A DNA stretch of 64,000 nt from Eledone cirrhosa (GCA_964016885.1 CAXHJY010000762.1:17530-81529); one strand, 5' to 3'; shown: positions 11,028 to 27,164, numbered from the stretch's first letter. Numbers and translations: made by a program. The notes: generated by a model from the letters alone, not told the origin.

Positions 11028-12327
11028 ATTATTGTAAAGATAGCGACAGTACTTAGTCAAAATGATATCAACCGAACTACCGCCTTTTTGATCCTAATTC
11101 TATATATTTAAACGAAGATAGACTCCTGTCCATCTTCGTTTATCTTTTCTCCCCGAGCCATGTTTTTTAAGGGTGAAACCTAAAATTTGAGGGTAGTAAT
11201 AATTGTAGTAACAATAATAGTAACTGTATTACTACTAGTAGTAATAGTAGTAGATGTAATAGTTAGTAGTACTAGTAGCTGAAGTAGTTATTTTTTATAC
11301 TATTTTCACTGTAGAATCTATTCAAACACTATTAATATAGCCCCATTTATTACACATTTTCTTTCAATAGAGATGGTTTCTGCTTTAATTTATAATGCTG
11401 GCATGTGAAATAGATTTACTTGCAGTCTATTATATTGTCTAGACTTTTGTTAGTTCATTATATTAGAATAAAGTGAAATTTCTCTTAGAAATTTCAAAAG
11501 TACACACACAAGATATGTTTCTATATAAATGTATCACGTTGTAAACATGGACACCATTTGTATATTTGTACCTGCCTATAAGATATTAATATATATGCAT
11601 TAGTGTATTTGTAAACTATTTACAGCATAATTGTTTATATATAAGTTGAAAAAAAATGAAAACGAAAATTCATGTTTATATATATTTATATTACATACAT
11701 TTATACATATTTATATTTTATATGTTTAGATATGTATTATATATATATATATCTTTACACACAAACATAAACATGCTTACACACACATATGTATGCGTTT
11801 CATGCGTTTTCCCCCCTGTGTGTGTAGTGTAACTTATATAAATATATACACCCACACACCCACACACACATATATGTCTACCTGTATTTATACATGTATT
11901 TTACTCTCTATATACTTATGTGTATTTGTTTTCGGATTTTATTTACATTATTGACATAGATGACTGCTTTCACTGCAAATTGATACACCCCCTCCTCCTC
12001 CCTTCCTGCTCCTCTATCTCCTGTCTTCTCTTCCCTCCTTCTTCCTCCCCCCCCTATCTCCTGTCTCCCCCTCTATCTCCTCTCTTCCATTGTCATCTAT
12101 TATTCATTAAAAACAAGTCTCATCTTTTAGAGATTATAAACTGATGGTTATCAGCTAAATGTTCCCGAGAGAGAGAGAGAGAGAGAGAGACTTCCACTGA
12201 CTTGCTCCAAAGCGGGAGCTGTTGTGTTCCTCCATAAAATATTGTAACTCAACCTGTGTTAGTAATGTGTGTATATATATATATATAGTGTATATATAAT
12301 ATAATATATATATCTATGTAGTATATA

Positions 12328-12363
<36 letters not shown>

Positions 12364-12369
12364 TATATG

Positions 12370-12420
<51 letters not shown>

Positions 12421-12431
12421 TAGTGTATATG

Positions 12432-12472
<41 letters not shown>

Positions 12473-12539
12473 TAGATAGTGTATATGTAATATATATATA
12501 TATAGTGTATATGTAATATATATATATATAGTGTATATG

Positions 12540-12574
<35 letters not shown>

Positions 12575-12673
12575 TATATGTAATTATATATATATATATA
12601 TATATAGTGTATATGTAATATATATATATATATATATATATAGTGTATATGTAATATATATATAGTGTATATG

Positions 12674-12715
<42 letters not shown>

Positions 12716-12965
12716 TATATATAATATATATATATATATAGTGTATATATAATATATATATATATAGTGTATATATAATATATATATATATAGTGTATAT
12801 ATAATATATATATATAGTGTATATATAATATATATATATATAGTGTATATGTAATATATATATATATATAGTATATATATATATATAGTGTATATATATA
12901 TATACTATATATATATATATATATAGTGTATATATATATATAGTGTATATATATATATATATATA

Positions 12966-13001
<36 letters not shown>

Positions 13002-13056
13002 TATATATATATATAGTATATATATATATATAGTATATGTATATATATATATATAG

Positions 13057-13088
<32 letters not shown>

Positions 13089-13090
<2 letters not shown>

Positions 13091-13697
13091 TCAGGTCACC
13101 ACTTGGTGCTATTGGTAACATGTATCCCAGTACAACCTGTCTCATGGTCGGGTCGTTGGCGACTAAACTGGCAACCCCACCAAGGTTTCTTGGTGAGGAG
13201 GGTGACTTTGGACATCCTGCAGGACTAAAAACAAAACCTGTCAAAGGGCAAAGGAGCTCTTAAGAGTCAATGGCCATCCAAAATCACCGGGAGAGATGAC
13301 CCCTTAGCCTTTGTCAAGGCAGAATTCTAGGAGAAGGAAAACTCTGATATAACACCTGCAACCCTGATGGTATCCAATGATGTTGACTTGTTCTTCTTTT
13401 TGGTAAATATCATCTTGGTTAAGAGAGTGGGACTGGCTTTGTGCAGTGCCTTTGCTCACTATAAAAGCTTCATGGCACAGGCATTGCTTTGTATCTGGAG
13501 ATCTCTCTGCACTTGTCGTCACATGGTACCAAAGGTAAAGCACTATGTGTCAATAATTGTCACAAGTGTAGTGTTTGTACCAGAGTTTTCAAGTCGCTGG
13601 CTGGACTAAAAAGTCACACTCGTTCAGCGCATCGGTAGGGGTTCTCCTACATGGATATAAAGTAGTGGCCGTACTCGAAAACGAGTTGGCAGCCACC
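13089..13697 (+). mobile_element. Family B non-autonomous RTE-derived retroelement, longest copy (~610 bp)
   Basis: Five copies in the window. RTE 5'UTR-like motif CTAGGAGAAGGAAAACTCTGA; C2H2 remnant HKCSVCTRVFKSLAGLKSHTRSAHR* at 13561-13638; 3' stem-loop CTCG-AAAA-CGAG followed by (AT)n. Confidence 0.8.
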
Positions 13698-13725
13698 ATA
13701 TATATATATATATATATATATATAG

Positions 13726-13757
<32 letters not shown>

Positions 13758-13783
13758 GTATATATATATATATATATATATAG

Positions 13784-13820
<37 letters not shown>

Positions 13821-13894
13821 TATGTATATATATATATATAGTGTGTGTATATATATATATATATATATAGTGTGTGTATATATATATATATATA

Positions 13895-13932
<38 letters not shown>

Positions 13933-13999
13933 TATATATATATATATATAGTATATATATATATATATATATAGTATATATATATATATATATATATAG

Positions 14000-14102
<103 letters not shown>

Positions 14103-14191
14103 TATATATATATATATATATATAGTATATATATATATATATAGTATATATATATATATATATATAGTATATATATATATATATATATATA

Positions 14192-14284
<93 letters not shown>

Positions 14285-14332
14285 TATATATATATATATA
14301 TAGTATGTATATATATATATATATATATATAG

Positions 14333-14400
<68 letters not shown>

Positions 14401-14481
14401 TGTATATATATATATATATATATAGTATGTATATATATATATATATATATAGTATATATATAGTATATATATATATATATA

Positions 14482-14535
<54 letters not shown>

Positions 14536-14559
14536 TATATATATATATATATATATATA

Positions 14560-14613
<54 letters not shown>

Positions 14614-14631
14614 TATATATATATATATATA

Positions 14632-14698
<67 letters not shown>

Positions 14699-14723
14699 TA
14701 TATATATATATATATATAGTGTA

Positions 14724-15180
14724 TGTCAGGTCACCAGTTGGTGCTACTGGTAACATGTATCCCAGTACAACCTGTCTCATGGTCAGGTCGTCGGCGACTA
14801 AACTGGCAAACCCACCAAGGTTTCTTGGTGAGGAGGGTGACTTTGTACATCCTGCAGGACTAAAAACAAAACCTGTCAAAGGGTAAAGGAGCTCTTAAGA
14901 GTCAATGGCCATCCAAAATCACCGGGAGAGATGGACTGGCTTTGCTCACTATAAAAGCTTCACGGCACAGGCATTGCTTTATATCTGGAGATCTCTCTGC
15001 ACTTGTCGTCACATGGTACCATGGGCCCAGCACTATGTGGCAATAATTCTCACAAGTTTGTACCAGAGTTTTCAAGTCGCTGGCGGGACTAAAAAGTCAC
15101 ACTCGTTCAGCGCATCGGTAGGGGTTCTCCTACATGGATATAAAGTAGTGGCCGTACTCGAAAACGAGTTGGCAGCCACC
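14724..15180 (+). mobile_element. Family B copy with internal deletions
   Basis: Same 5' and 3' ends as 13089-13697, lacking segments of ~130, 13 and ~7 nt. Confidence 0.85.
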
Positions 15181-15190
15181 ATATATAGTG

Positions 15191-15225
<35 letters not shown>

Positions 15226-15367
15226 CATTATATATATTATATATACATTATATATATATATATACATTATATATATATATATACACACTATATATATATA
15301 TATATACACACTATATATATATATACACACACTATATATATATACACACTATATATATATATATACA

Positions 15368-15407
<40 letters not shown>

Positions 15408-15413
<6 letters not shown>

Positions 15414-15463
15414 ATAAATAAAATAGGGAAGGCAAACAAAGGTATATATATATATACATACAC

Positions 15464-15496
<33 letters not shown>

Positions 15497-15605
15497 CATT
15501 ATATATATATATATACACACACTATATATATATATATACACACACTATATATATATACACACTATATATATATACACACTATATATATATATATATATAT
15601 ACACC

Positions 15606-15681
<76 letters not shown>

Positions 15682-15916
15682 TATATATAATATATATATA
15701 TATATATGGTGTATATATATATATATAGTGTGTATATATATATAGTGTGTATATATATATATAGTGTGTATGTATATATATATATAGTGTGTATATATAT
15801 ATATATATAGTGTGTATATATATATATATAATGTATATATAATATATATATATATATATAGTGTATGTATATATATATACACCTTTGTTTGCCTTCCCTA
15901 TTTTATTTATTATTTT
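15408..15916. repeat. ~510-bp imperfect palindrome with 36-bp unique inverted termini
   Basis: AAAATAATAAATAAAATAGGGAAGGCAAACAAAGGT at 15408-15443 and its reverse complement at 15881-15916. Confidence 0.85.
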
Positions 15917-16076
15917 ATTTTATTAAAAAAAACAACTTTTATATTTATCTCCACTTATGACTATATATCTCGTTTCTTTTTGTTTCTCAAATGTGAGACA
16001 TACAAGATACTTCCCCTAGTCTTTCATAGCTTACTAGCTCTATACGGACATTTACATTTATTATATATATACATAC

Positions 16077-16131
<55 letters not shown>

Positions 16132-16589
16132 CGCGTGTGATTTTACATACCCATAAACACAGAAATAATTGCCTAGGTATGCGTATATGTATATGTGAGT
16201 GGTAGATAGTGGGGGGGGGGGGGGGCGGAGAAGGAAAGAGAAGAAACAGCGATAATGTGACAAAGACTGACAAAATATAACGAAGGTGGAAATAGATTAA
16301 AAAAGAGAAAGTTAGACATATTGAGAAATTGATAAATTTCCTGATACAAATATTTACTGAGTTTTCTCTCTTCTCTCTTTTTTTGCAAGTATTTAGATTC
16401 GATCTCAGTCACGAGGGTAACTTCATTCTTTCTTGATACCATCAATTTGGTCATTGGTTCTGCCATAACTCAATCATGTTTCATACCCACCTCCCAACGC
16501 CCAACAAAATATAGATATATATATTTGATATTTTTCTAATTTGTTATTTTCATATTTCGATATTTGTCCATTACAATAGAATCGCAGTT

Positions 16590-16955
16590 ATATATATATA
16601 TATACAATATATATAAATATATACACACAATATATATATAAATATATACACACACAATATATATATATATATACAATATATATAAATATATACACACAAT
16701 ATATATATATATATACAATATATACACACAATATATATATAAATATATACACACAATATATATATAAATATACAATATATATAAATATATACACACAATA
16801 TATATATATATACAATACATATAAATATATACACAATATATATATATAAATATATACACACAATATATATATATATATATATATACAATATATATAAATA
16901 TACACACACAATATATATATATATATATACATACAATATATATAAATATATACAC

Positions 16956-17020
<65 letters not shown>
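16590..17020. repeat. (TA)n-derived degenerate minisatellite (ATATATAAATATATACACACA-type units)
   Basis: Direct reading. Confidence 0.9.
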
Positions 17021-17024
<4 letters not shown>

Positions 17025-17038
17025 CACTTATGTATATA

Positions 17039-17117
17039 CAGAGTGTCACAAAAAATGTATACACACTTTGATTACCTGTACAGGCATGTGTGTATACATT
17101 TTTTCGGGGACATCCTG
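17039..17117. mobile_element. Tiny Tc1/mariner-type MITE, essentially TIRs only
   Basis: TA-CAGAGTGTCACAAAAAATGTATACACAC ... GTGTGTATACATTTTTTCGGGGACATCCTG form imperfect ~28-bp TIRs. Confidence 0.6.
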
Positions 17118-18881
17118 AATTTTTTGTTATGCCGAGTATTTTATTTGTTCTTGTTTCGAACGAATTTTATTTTCACGTTGACTACAGACAGACTGAACAT
17201 CAACATAATTTTGTCGTCACACAGGACAATTTCCCTGTGAATAAAGGTCCAGTGAATCGAATAAATCGATCCATTATATAGCTGATAATTATCATATCGA
17301 ACCAGACAGGATGGAAAGAAAAAAATCAATACTTGTGGGATTGGATATAGAAAGAAATGAGTGAATTACTGATTTGATGTAAAGAATATCTGCCAAATAA
17401 TTATTTTCCTCTTCATCGATACTGTTGCTATTAAAGGTAATGGTGTCGTGTGTTATAAAGTGATTTAGTTTTTATCATTTACCTACATAATCATAGCACT
17501 TGTGGCCTTTTCTGCTAGATTTACACCTTTGACAATTGAGTGAACGTAATTTGGTCAGATTGTAGAACTCACTAAACACCTCCGAATATCTACACCCATC
17601 AAACCTTAGATTTTGTAGCTCAGAGGTTGATAATATAATTACCGAATCTTTACGGGGGTCGATAAAACTAAAATTGTCCCAACTGTTAAAATATTTGATA
17701 TTCTGCACTGCCATATAAGTTTGAATAGCTCCTGGGTAGATTCCTTATGAGAAATTTTCAATCTACTTCTGAAAATCACGTCTTATTCTCTGACCATCCC
17801 AGAATAAATGACTTTAACTGTTTTAGTTTCTGGCAGAATCTTATTGCCAAAGTCAAAAGGATACAGCAAGAAAAAAAAAATCAATTTGGAAAAGAATTAA
17901 AATAAGCACTAAAGGAACTACCAGTGAAATACACTCTCCACGTTCTGAAAAGAATACCAAAGAGAGAAAATATAAACAAAATATAATATTTGTAGTCCTT
18001 ATGGGGTAGAATATTCAAATGTGAAAATGAAAAGCAAATAAATTCTTGTTAATTTGTATTGAAAACTCTCAAGTGAATATCTCAATGTTTTACAAGGATT
18101 TTTCCTTTTCTAAGGCAAATCCCAAAGGGCGTTCTAATACAAATTTTATTGGAACAAAGAAACATATTGCAAGTAAAGGGATGTGAAGTTAATGTGGCAC
18201 AAAACTTTCTTTTGTTATTGGTGTTTAATATAAATGGCATCACGGGAGAAGCATTTAAGATGGAGAAAAAAAATTAAGGGGAAAAAATGTTTCGTTGGTG
18301 CACACAAATTTTAATTTTAAAAATATACTCGGAGACTTTAAACATGTTTTGTTTTAAAATTTAAACTCTCTACCGATATCACACATGTTTTTTGTCAATA
18401 AATATGTTTATAAATTAAATAAAAAAGGAGGAAAATTCCTAAGACGGATACAACAATATTTATAAGATAACTGTTATATGTATTACATTAGAGTAGCATC
18501 TATGAGGTTTACAGATGTCAGTGAATGTTTCTTCTACCTTATTATCTTCTACATTATTATATGTTTCAGTTTTGGCAGAACGGCCAAGCTGGGGCAACTT
18601 TCTGTCGGTCAGATGAAATATTCTTGTATATTTTCTTATTCTATTTCGTTATTCGGCAGATTTTGATGTAGTTGCTGTCAATAATAATACAAAATAACGT
18701 TTGTTCTTGGTGTTTAAGTTCAATGTTGGTGGGTTAGGGTTAGGTTGAGGTTAATGTTGGTGGGTCAGATCTATAACTAAACACTTTGTAGTAGTTTGGG
18801 TTGAGTGTACTGGAGGACCGTGGCATGAAGAATAAACTACCATACTGGATTCCAAGAGTCCCCACTGGTTCTTTGCTGGGT

Positions 18882-18956
18882 TTAACGGAGTCGGTTTCGA
18901 GAATGGGTTCCCAGGGTGATGTTAACTGTCCCCCTACGTTCTATCGATCCTGGAAA
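18882..18956 (-). CDS. Candidate terminal coding exon (FPGSIERRGTVNITLGTHSRNRLR*) of an unidentified gene
   Basis: Minus-strand acceptor TGTTTTTCAG in a GC-richer island, followed by ~1.5 kb of microsatellite-free AT-rich sequence. Frame uncertain. Confidence 0.25.
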   Translation of the reverse strand, partial: FPGSIERRGTVNITLGTHSRNRLR

Positions 18957-19524
18957 CTGAAAAACATCACAGCTGCGACCTTTCTATCAATCATTAAGCC
19001 ATAAAAATTTACAATAAAAAATAAACAAGAGATTTGATATTTAATTCTTCGATATCAAATATTATATGTGGATATTGCTTTAATACGTGTAACGGAATAA
19101 TAGAAATATATTTTTCTTGGTTCTCATAAATCAAGGTATTTTTTCTTTTCAAAAGAAATAAAGAGTATACAATGTCAGAAATAAAAACAACATAAACACC
19201 CCCCCCCCCTCCAAATGTCTTGAGACGATGAAAATAATGAAATGATAAAAAAATAGAATATAAGAAAAGGAAATAAGAGGAAATAAAAGAAATTGTTGCG
19301 TGTCTGTGATTATGAATGTGTGATTTTAGAATTACGAGGTAAACTTGTAAAAGTAATGTTATGGGTGAAATAAAAAAAACAACGAAACGAAAGAGAACAA
19401 AAAGGTTGTTTAAGCAATATGGAATTGTGGGGGAAATTCATGATTTATTTTGTTTTTAATGTTATTTAATTCGTGGGGAAAATATCGTTTTGTAAATTGT
19501 ATTTAGTAAGATATTTGGTTTTCA

Positions 19525-20285
<761 letters not shown>

Positions 20286-20501
20286 TTTGTTTTTTAAAAC
20301 ATTTCCTTAGTTTTGTTGTATAATTTAGTGGAGCGTTATTTTTTAAATAGGTTTTTGCTTTTAACACTGTTTACTGACCGACGAATGAGATTAAATGAAA
20401 AGATGTCAAAATAGTTTATAAATATTTGCGAAATTTGTTCTTTGGCGATTCCATGATTCCATACCAAGATACATACGTATGCAAACACTAGTTCATGGAT
20501 A

Positions 20502-20547
<46 letters not shown>

Positions 20548-20682
20548 GTGTGTGTGTGTGTGTATTTATGTGGGTATATATATATGTGTATGTGTGTTTG
20601 GTAATATATAAATGTACACACACATATTTGTGTATATATATATTTGTATAAATATATAAATATATATATATTTATATTTGAG

Positions 20683-20756
<74 letters not shown>

Positions 20757-21396
20757 TCTCTCTATATATATAATATATGTGTATATATATATATATATAT
20801 AATGTGGATCATATACAGTCATCATTTACATGATATAAATTGTGTATATCGGGTTAGCTAATATAATAAATATAGTCAATTTTAATTTTTTGTTTATAAT
20901 CTTTTTATTTGGGGGGGGGGGGGGTGACGTGAGAGATACATATTTATATATATTGATATATATTTATATATAACACACTCTCCTTTAAATAGTCCTGTTC
21001 TGGTCGAGGCACCAAAACTTCCCACAATTATATCTAAATCTAAATTGATATCTACAATGCGTTGTCACATACTTTTGTATGATTGTAAAGTGAAATGGCA
21101 GGAGTTTGACATTGTATGAGTCTATTAGTTGAGGAAAATATAATAGAAAACAAAACAATTACAATAAAATCTTAAAGTTGTCCTGACAAAAGATTTTTTA
21201 CATCATCATCATCGTCATCATCAGCAATAGCGTCATCAACGTCATCATCGGTAGTTGCATCATCATCATCTTCGTATGAAAGTGGTAGGAGATACCGACA
21301 ATCCTACTCCATCTCTTTCCATTCCCACCGTACACACTCACACACACACATACAAACACTCACACACACACATACAAACACACACACACACACACA

Positions 21397-21442
<46 letters not shown>

Positions 21443-21566
21443 AGAGAGAGAGAGAGAGAGAGAAACAAATAGATAGATGAATACTGAGATATTTGTACAT
21501 ACACACACATTCATGCATATCTATGTATATATATACAGTCACACACACACATATATATATACACAT

Positions 21567-21608
<42 letters not shown>

Positions 21609-21702
21609 ACATATCTCTATATATATACACAGTCACACACACACACATATATATATATATATACACATACACACACACATATATATATATATATATACAC
21701 AT

Positions 21703-21733
<31 letters not shown>

Positions 21734-22025
21734 GGGAGATAATGAGGGAGAGATAGTGACTAGTACATTGGCGAAGAATTGACCAGATGGACATGGCCGA
21801 ATTGGTAAGTCTGCTCCATTTCCGCTGTAGCAGCCATGTTTTCCATAGAGTCACTCAGCAAGAAATTAAGGCTCATTATTCTACCAAATTCACTTTTCAA
21901 TTGGTCTGTAGAATTGGTTCCATATTCCCAACTGTTTGTTCTCATGTAAGCAAGTACTAGCTTATAATAGTATTATACAGCCAACCAATTACGCACAGGC
22001 ATATGAATTTATTTATGTATGTATG

Positions 22026-22056
<31 letters not shown>

Positions 22057-22164
22057 TCATATATACATGCATACATACATAAACATACATACACACACAC
22101 ACACATATATATGTATATATATTTATATGCGTGTGTAAATATATTTTCGCGCACACACACCTAT

Positions 22165-22251
<87 letters not shown>

Positions 22252-22657
22252 CGCGTACACATACAGACACATATATATACATATATAAATATATATACAT
22301 ATATAAATATATATACATATATACATGAGTGCGATTGCTGTGTAAACTATTATCATACGATACTGTCTGCATGCACGAGGACAAATATCTAGGAATAAGT
22401 TGATTGAGCTAGCTAAAGCTATCTATTATTCCAAGTAGTATAGCGAGGTAAACGTTGTTTGAGATAGAAATATTTATAGTGATTGTTTAAGTTTCATCAG
22501 AAATATGTTTGACGAACTGGCGTCCTCATATCCGGAAATAGATGTCTACATTAATACGATGATTGAGATGTGGGGGGAAATGAGATCTCACAAAAGAAAT
22601 GAAAGATTGAATGACAAGACAGTTTACAGAGAATGAAATAATGAGAGAGAGAGAGGG

Positions 22658-22688
<31 letters not shown>

Positions 22689-23920
22689 GAGAGACTCCAA
22701 AGTGTAAAATGATAATCGATTTATGATATATGCATACATACATACATGTATATACATATAACGTGTGTGTGTGTGTGTGAATGTATATGTATATATATAT
22801 ATGTGAATGCATATATGTATGTATACATATATATATTCTCTCACAGACACATACACACACAGGTATAAACGCATATTTACACACATACACACGCACCACG
22901 CCCATCCACCCACACACCTATATATATATATACACACACATATATATGTGTATATATACACCACTAGAATGAATATGTCGCTTTTCGAGGAGAAATATGT
23001 CTGTATTTAGCCTCCATTTGAAATAGTAAAAGGATGCAATTCTTATTGTATGGCAGTGTAGCAGAAACACATATGGCACAACAATTGGTTGGAATAAAAA
23101 TAATCTCGGTTAAGAGTATATGATTGTCTCTTCTAAGCAGTATTTTGATATCTGTCTGTAGGATGTATATTGTATTTATGTAAAATAGATGAATTACCGG
23201 GCTGATTCGGGCTGAGAAAAATCCTTCGTTTGTCTTAACAATTGAAACCAGAAATGGTCGATTCGACAGAATATCAAACCCTCAAGCCAATGAATCAATG
23301 GTTCGTATACTGTTACCGACATTTCGAAATGTATATGTCAAATACAATTATTTTTCAAGTTGTCCAGACTTGTTCAATTGCCAATAAGAACAATATATTC
23401 TATATAGTCCAATATTGTATATAATAAATAATAGCTAAATACAGACTATCATATTTAAGGTGTCCAGTTAAAGATATAGAATTGCGATGATCGTTCTAGC
23501 GTCGGACAAATTCTTCTGCTTTTGTTTCTGTTCGTTCCATGCTGAGTTCAAACTTCTCGAAGATTAACGTTACATGAACCAACTCTATATTGGAAGTTAA
23601 GTCTTTTAAGTAGCAGTAACATTATAAAATATAAGTTATGGTCTGATTTGCTAAGTTCAATTCATCAAATAACGATTGCATTCCACAGCAGTGAGTTTCG
23701 AGACGCTTAACTTACCAAGTATAAACTACATATATATGAATTATTCCGTAGTATTGCTAATGACCAGCCATGTGTGTTTAACATCGACTTGGCTGGCTGG
23801 TTGGGACATGTCACACGACTCCCAAGTGTGAGATATCTTAATCAGGTCCTGTATATTTGGACACCCGAGATGGAGTGGCGGCAGACAATCGACAGAGACA
23901 TGAAATGAGTAAATAAACAA

Positions 23921-23981
23921 GATATACGGGTGGATAAACAGGTAAATATACGGGTGGAGAAACAGGTAGATATACGGGTGG
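23921..23981. repeat. 24-bp tandem repeat, 2.5 copies (GATATACGGGTGGATAAACAGGTA)
   Basis: Direct reading. Confidence 0.75.
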
Positions 23982-24710
23982 CCTCTGCAACAAAGCGATT
24001 TAAACACTTGGATAAAATTAGACACCGTCCCGTATATATTATATATTTTCCCGTTATTCTCGCTATTAATACTTCTTGGAAATATCTGAGACAAGTCTCA
24101 TTGTACACTGTACCATCTGTTGTACGTCCAGTCTTTGGAAATGTGAGATCTGTTCTGTATTGAGATGATATTAATCTCTGTGGCACCACGACGTCTAGTC
24201 ATACCCACAAGATATATTAAATATAAAACTCTAAACCCAACAGTGTCTCAGTGTGGCCGCTAACTACCTTTTTGATTTATATTACTATCATATATGCTAC
24301 ATACAGACAGACAGAAACAAAACATTGAGCGATGGGTTAACGAGATCAAATTGTCTTAGCAATTCCCACAACCAGTAATGTGATATAGAACTCTGAGTCT
24401 ATTACATTAAGTCTTGTTCCCTGCCATAGCAGACATCTTGAGATTCTTCTCTCTATATATTGGACACAATAATGTAGCAAATAATATGATGATTATTCAT
24501 AACCTAAAATATTTTAGCATATAATATCTGCAATTGGTACTTCTCATGTCTTCCTAAAGAATAGATTAGAAATTGTTGTTCCATATTCTTTGTTCGTTTC
24601 TAGATTAAACATCCATTAGTAAAAGAAACGACTGCCACTTACACATAAACATGTACACACATACATGTACACACATACAAATATATGTGTGTGCAATATA
24701 TATGAGTATA

Positions 24711-24749
<39 letters not shown>

Positions 24750-25857
24750 GCATATATGTATACATATATACATATATGTATATATATATCGGCATATTAT
24801 CACACTTGTAAATCTTGGAATGTGTATAGTGTATAGTAGCATGATTGCTTGCTTACATGAAATCGATCAATTACAGAACACTACTCCTCCCCAGTCTCGT
24901 CCACTCCTCTCCCGCCCAGTCGAGTCCAGTAAAAACTAAGACTAGTGACAATCAAATTCTGCCAAGAGGATGTTTTCAATGGCAAATGGATTTCTGTAAA
25001 TGCATCAACGTCGAACGAGCCACCTTTATACATTAAGAGGAAACGAAGACAAGCATTGTTCAACAAGTTGTCGGCCTAAGTAGAGAACAATTAGACGTAA
25101 AATATGTCTGGTCGATTATTAAAGCCACTCTGGGAATATTCTTTTTCTTTGCTGCTTGTTTACATCTCCTCCATTATCTATTGAAAAAAAAAAGAACAAC
25201 AACAACAACATCAACAGCAATAACAACAAACTAAACATATATAAATATATGCAGAACATAACGAATAAAAATGACGGAATAAAATATACATGTGTATGTA
25301 TAAATGATAAATAAATAAAAGGCTGGAAGTAATGCATAATTACTTTTAGTATCGGTTTTCAAATGATGCTTTAGTCCATCCCGGATCTGTAAAGCAAATT
25401 ATATCTTCTAAGATGGATAAGAAGCATCAGTTTTGAATAGGCCAATGATAGCAGATTCGGAGTTTTGGTCCGAATCAAACTAAATATACTTACTACAGCG
25501 TTTCATTGGTTAATTTCGTACAGCCTCGGCTGCCATTTTTATTTTTATTTCTTTCCCTCACTGCTGATTAAAACGAAACAAACAAGCTAGTAGGTTGTAT
25601 ACATACACACATATACGAACATACACAACATACACCCCCCACACACATATATATATAATACATATATATATAAATTCACATGCATACTCGCCTCTACCCA
25701 CGTATATATATATATATATATACACGCACACACACTCTCACACTCAGACACACATATATATAAATGCACACACAGCCACACGCCCCTCCCCATACACACA
25801 CACATAAAAAATACAGATATATATATATTTATAAATTCACTCATGCACACTTGCCCC

Positions 25858-25916
<59 letters not shown>

Positions 25917-26170
25917 TCACATACACACACACACGAAACAAAAAACCCATTGAGTGTATCCGATTGATTGGGATAGTATTTTCCAAACAATATTACTTGA
26001 TTAGAGCCGACCACGAGGAAAGATGGGAGAAAAGGTTTCTTTCTAAATTGTTAGAAGATAAATGAGTCTGATAAGAAAGCAGGACAACGAAATTGACTTA
26101 AATCAATCATTTCGTCCATTTGCATATTTCTACATCTGCTTATTATTTCTCATTAGATGGCGGTTCTTCC

Positions 26171-26259
<89 letters not shown>

Positions 26260-26490
26260 CATACATACATACATATATGTATATATACATACATACATAT
26301 ATGTATACATACATACATACATACATATATGTATATATACATACATACATATATGTATACATACATACATACATACATATATGTATACATACATTCATAC
26401 ATATATGCATACATATATATATATATACATATATATATATACATATATATATATGTACGTATGTGAGTGTGGGTGCGTATCTCTCTCTCG

Positions 26491-26523
<33 letters not shown>

Positions 26524-26874
26524 CAGCGTAGATGAGTCAACATGAAATGTTTAACATCGTAGGAGGCCTCTACTGGTCCGTGATCTTTTCCTAGTTCATT
26601 ACATCTTTTCAGAAATCCTGCTACCCTTCAATTATTTTAGATCAGTCTGCAAAGCTTCAGAATATTAAACTTTAACGTTAGATTTGTTGTTGTTGTTGTT
26701 GCTGCTGCTGTTCTTGTTGTTGTTCTTTGTAAGACCATAATTTAGAGGACGGTGGTTTATTTCAAGTACTTCCACCTTAAACTATGTGCTTTACCCTCAA
26801 CAGTATGTGCTTTGTATGTGTGTACAAAATACTATATGATTCTCAAACGATATATGGGTTCCTATCTCTCTCAG

Positions 26875-26886
26875 TATATATGTATG

Positions 26887-26978
<92 letters not shown>

Positions 26979-26980
26979 TG

Positions 26981-27030
<50 letters not shown>

Positions 27031-27032
27031 TG

Positions 27033-27071
<39 letters not shown>

Positions 27072-27118
27072 TCATATATATGTATATATATACTCATATA
27101 TATGTATATATATACTCA

Positions 27119-27164
<46 letters not shown>

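Noticed and set aside
13304-13609. Recurring 79-80 aa ORFs in family B copies as a small-protein gene family
   Set aside because: They recur only because the element is repeated, and are broken by deletions and an inversion in other copies. The only recognisable peptide (the C2H2 remnant) is in another frame.
16173-16466. 97-aa ORF MAEPMTKLMVSRKNEV... and 61-aa ORF at 21760-21945
   Set aside because: No recognisable domain or supporting gene structure; the lengths are compatible with chance.
18730-18752. Telomere-like GGGTTAGGGTTAGG
   Set aside because: Only about two units, too short to call an interstitial telomere.
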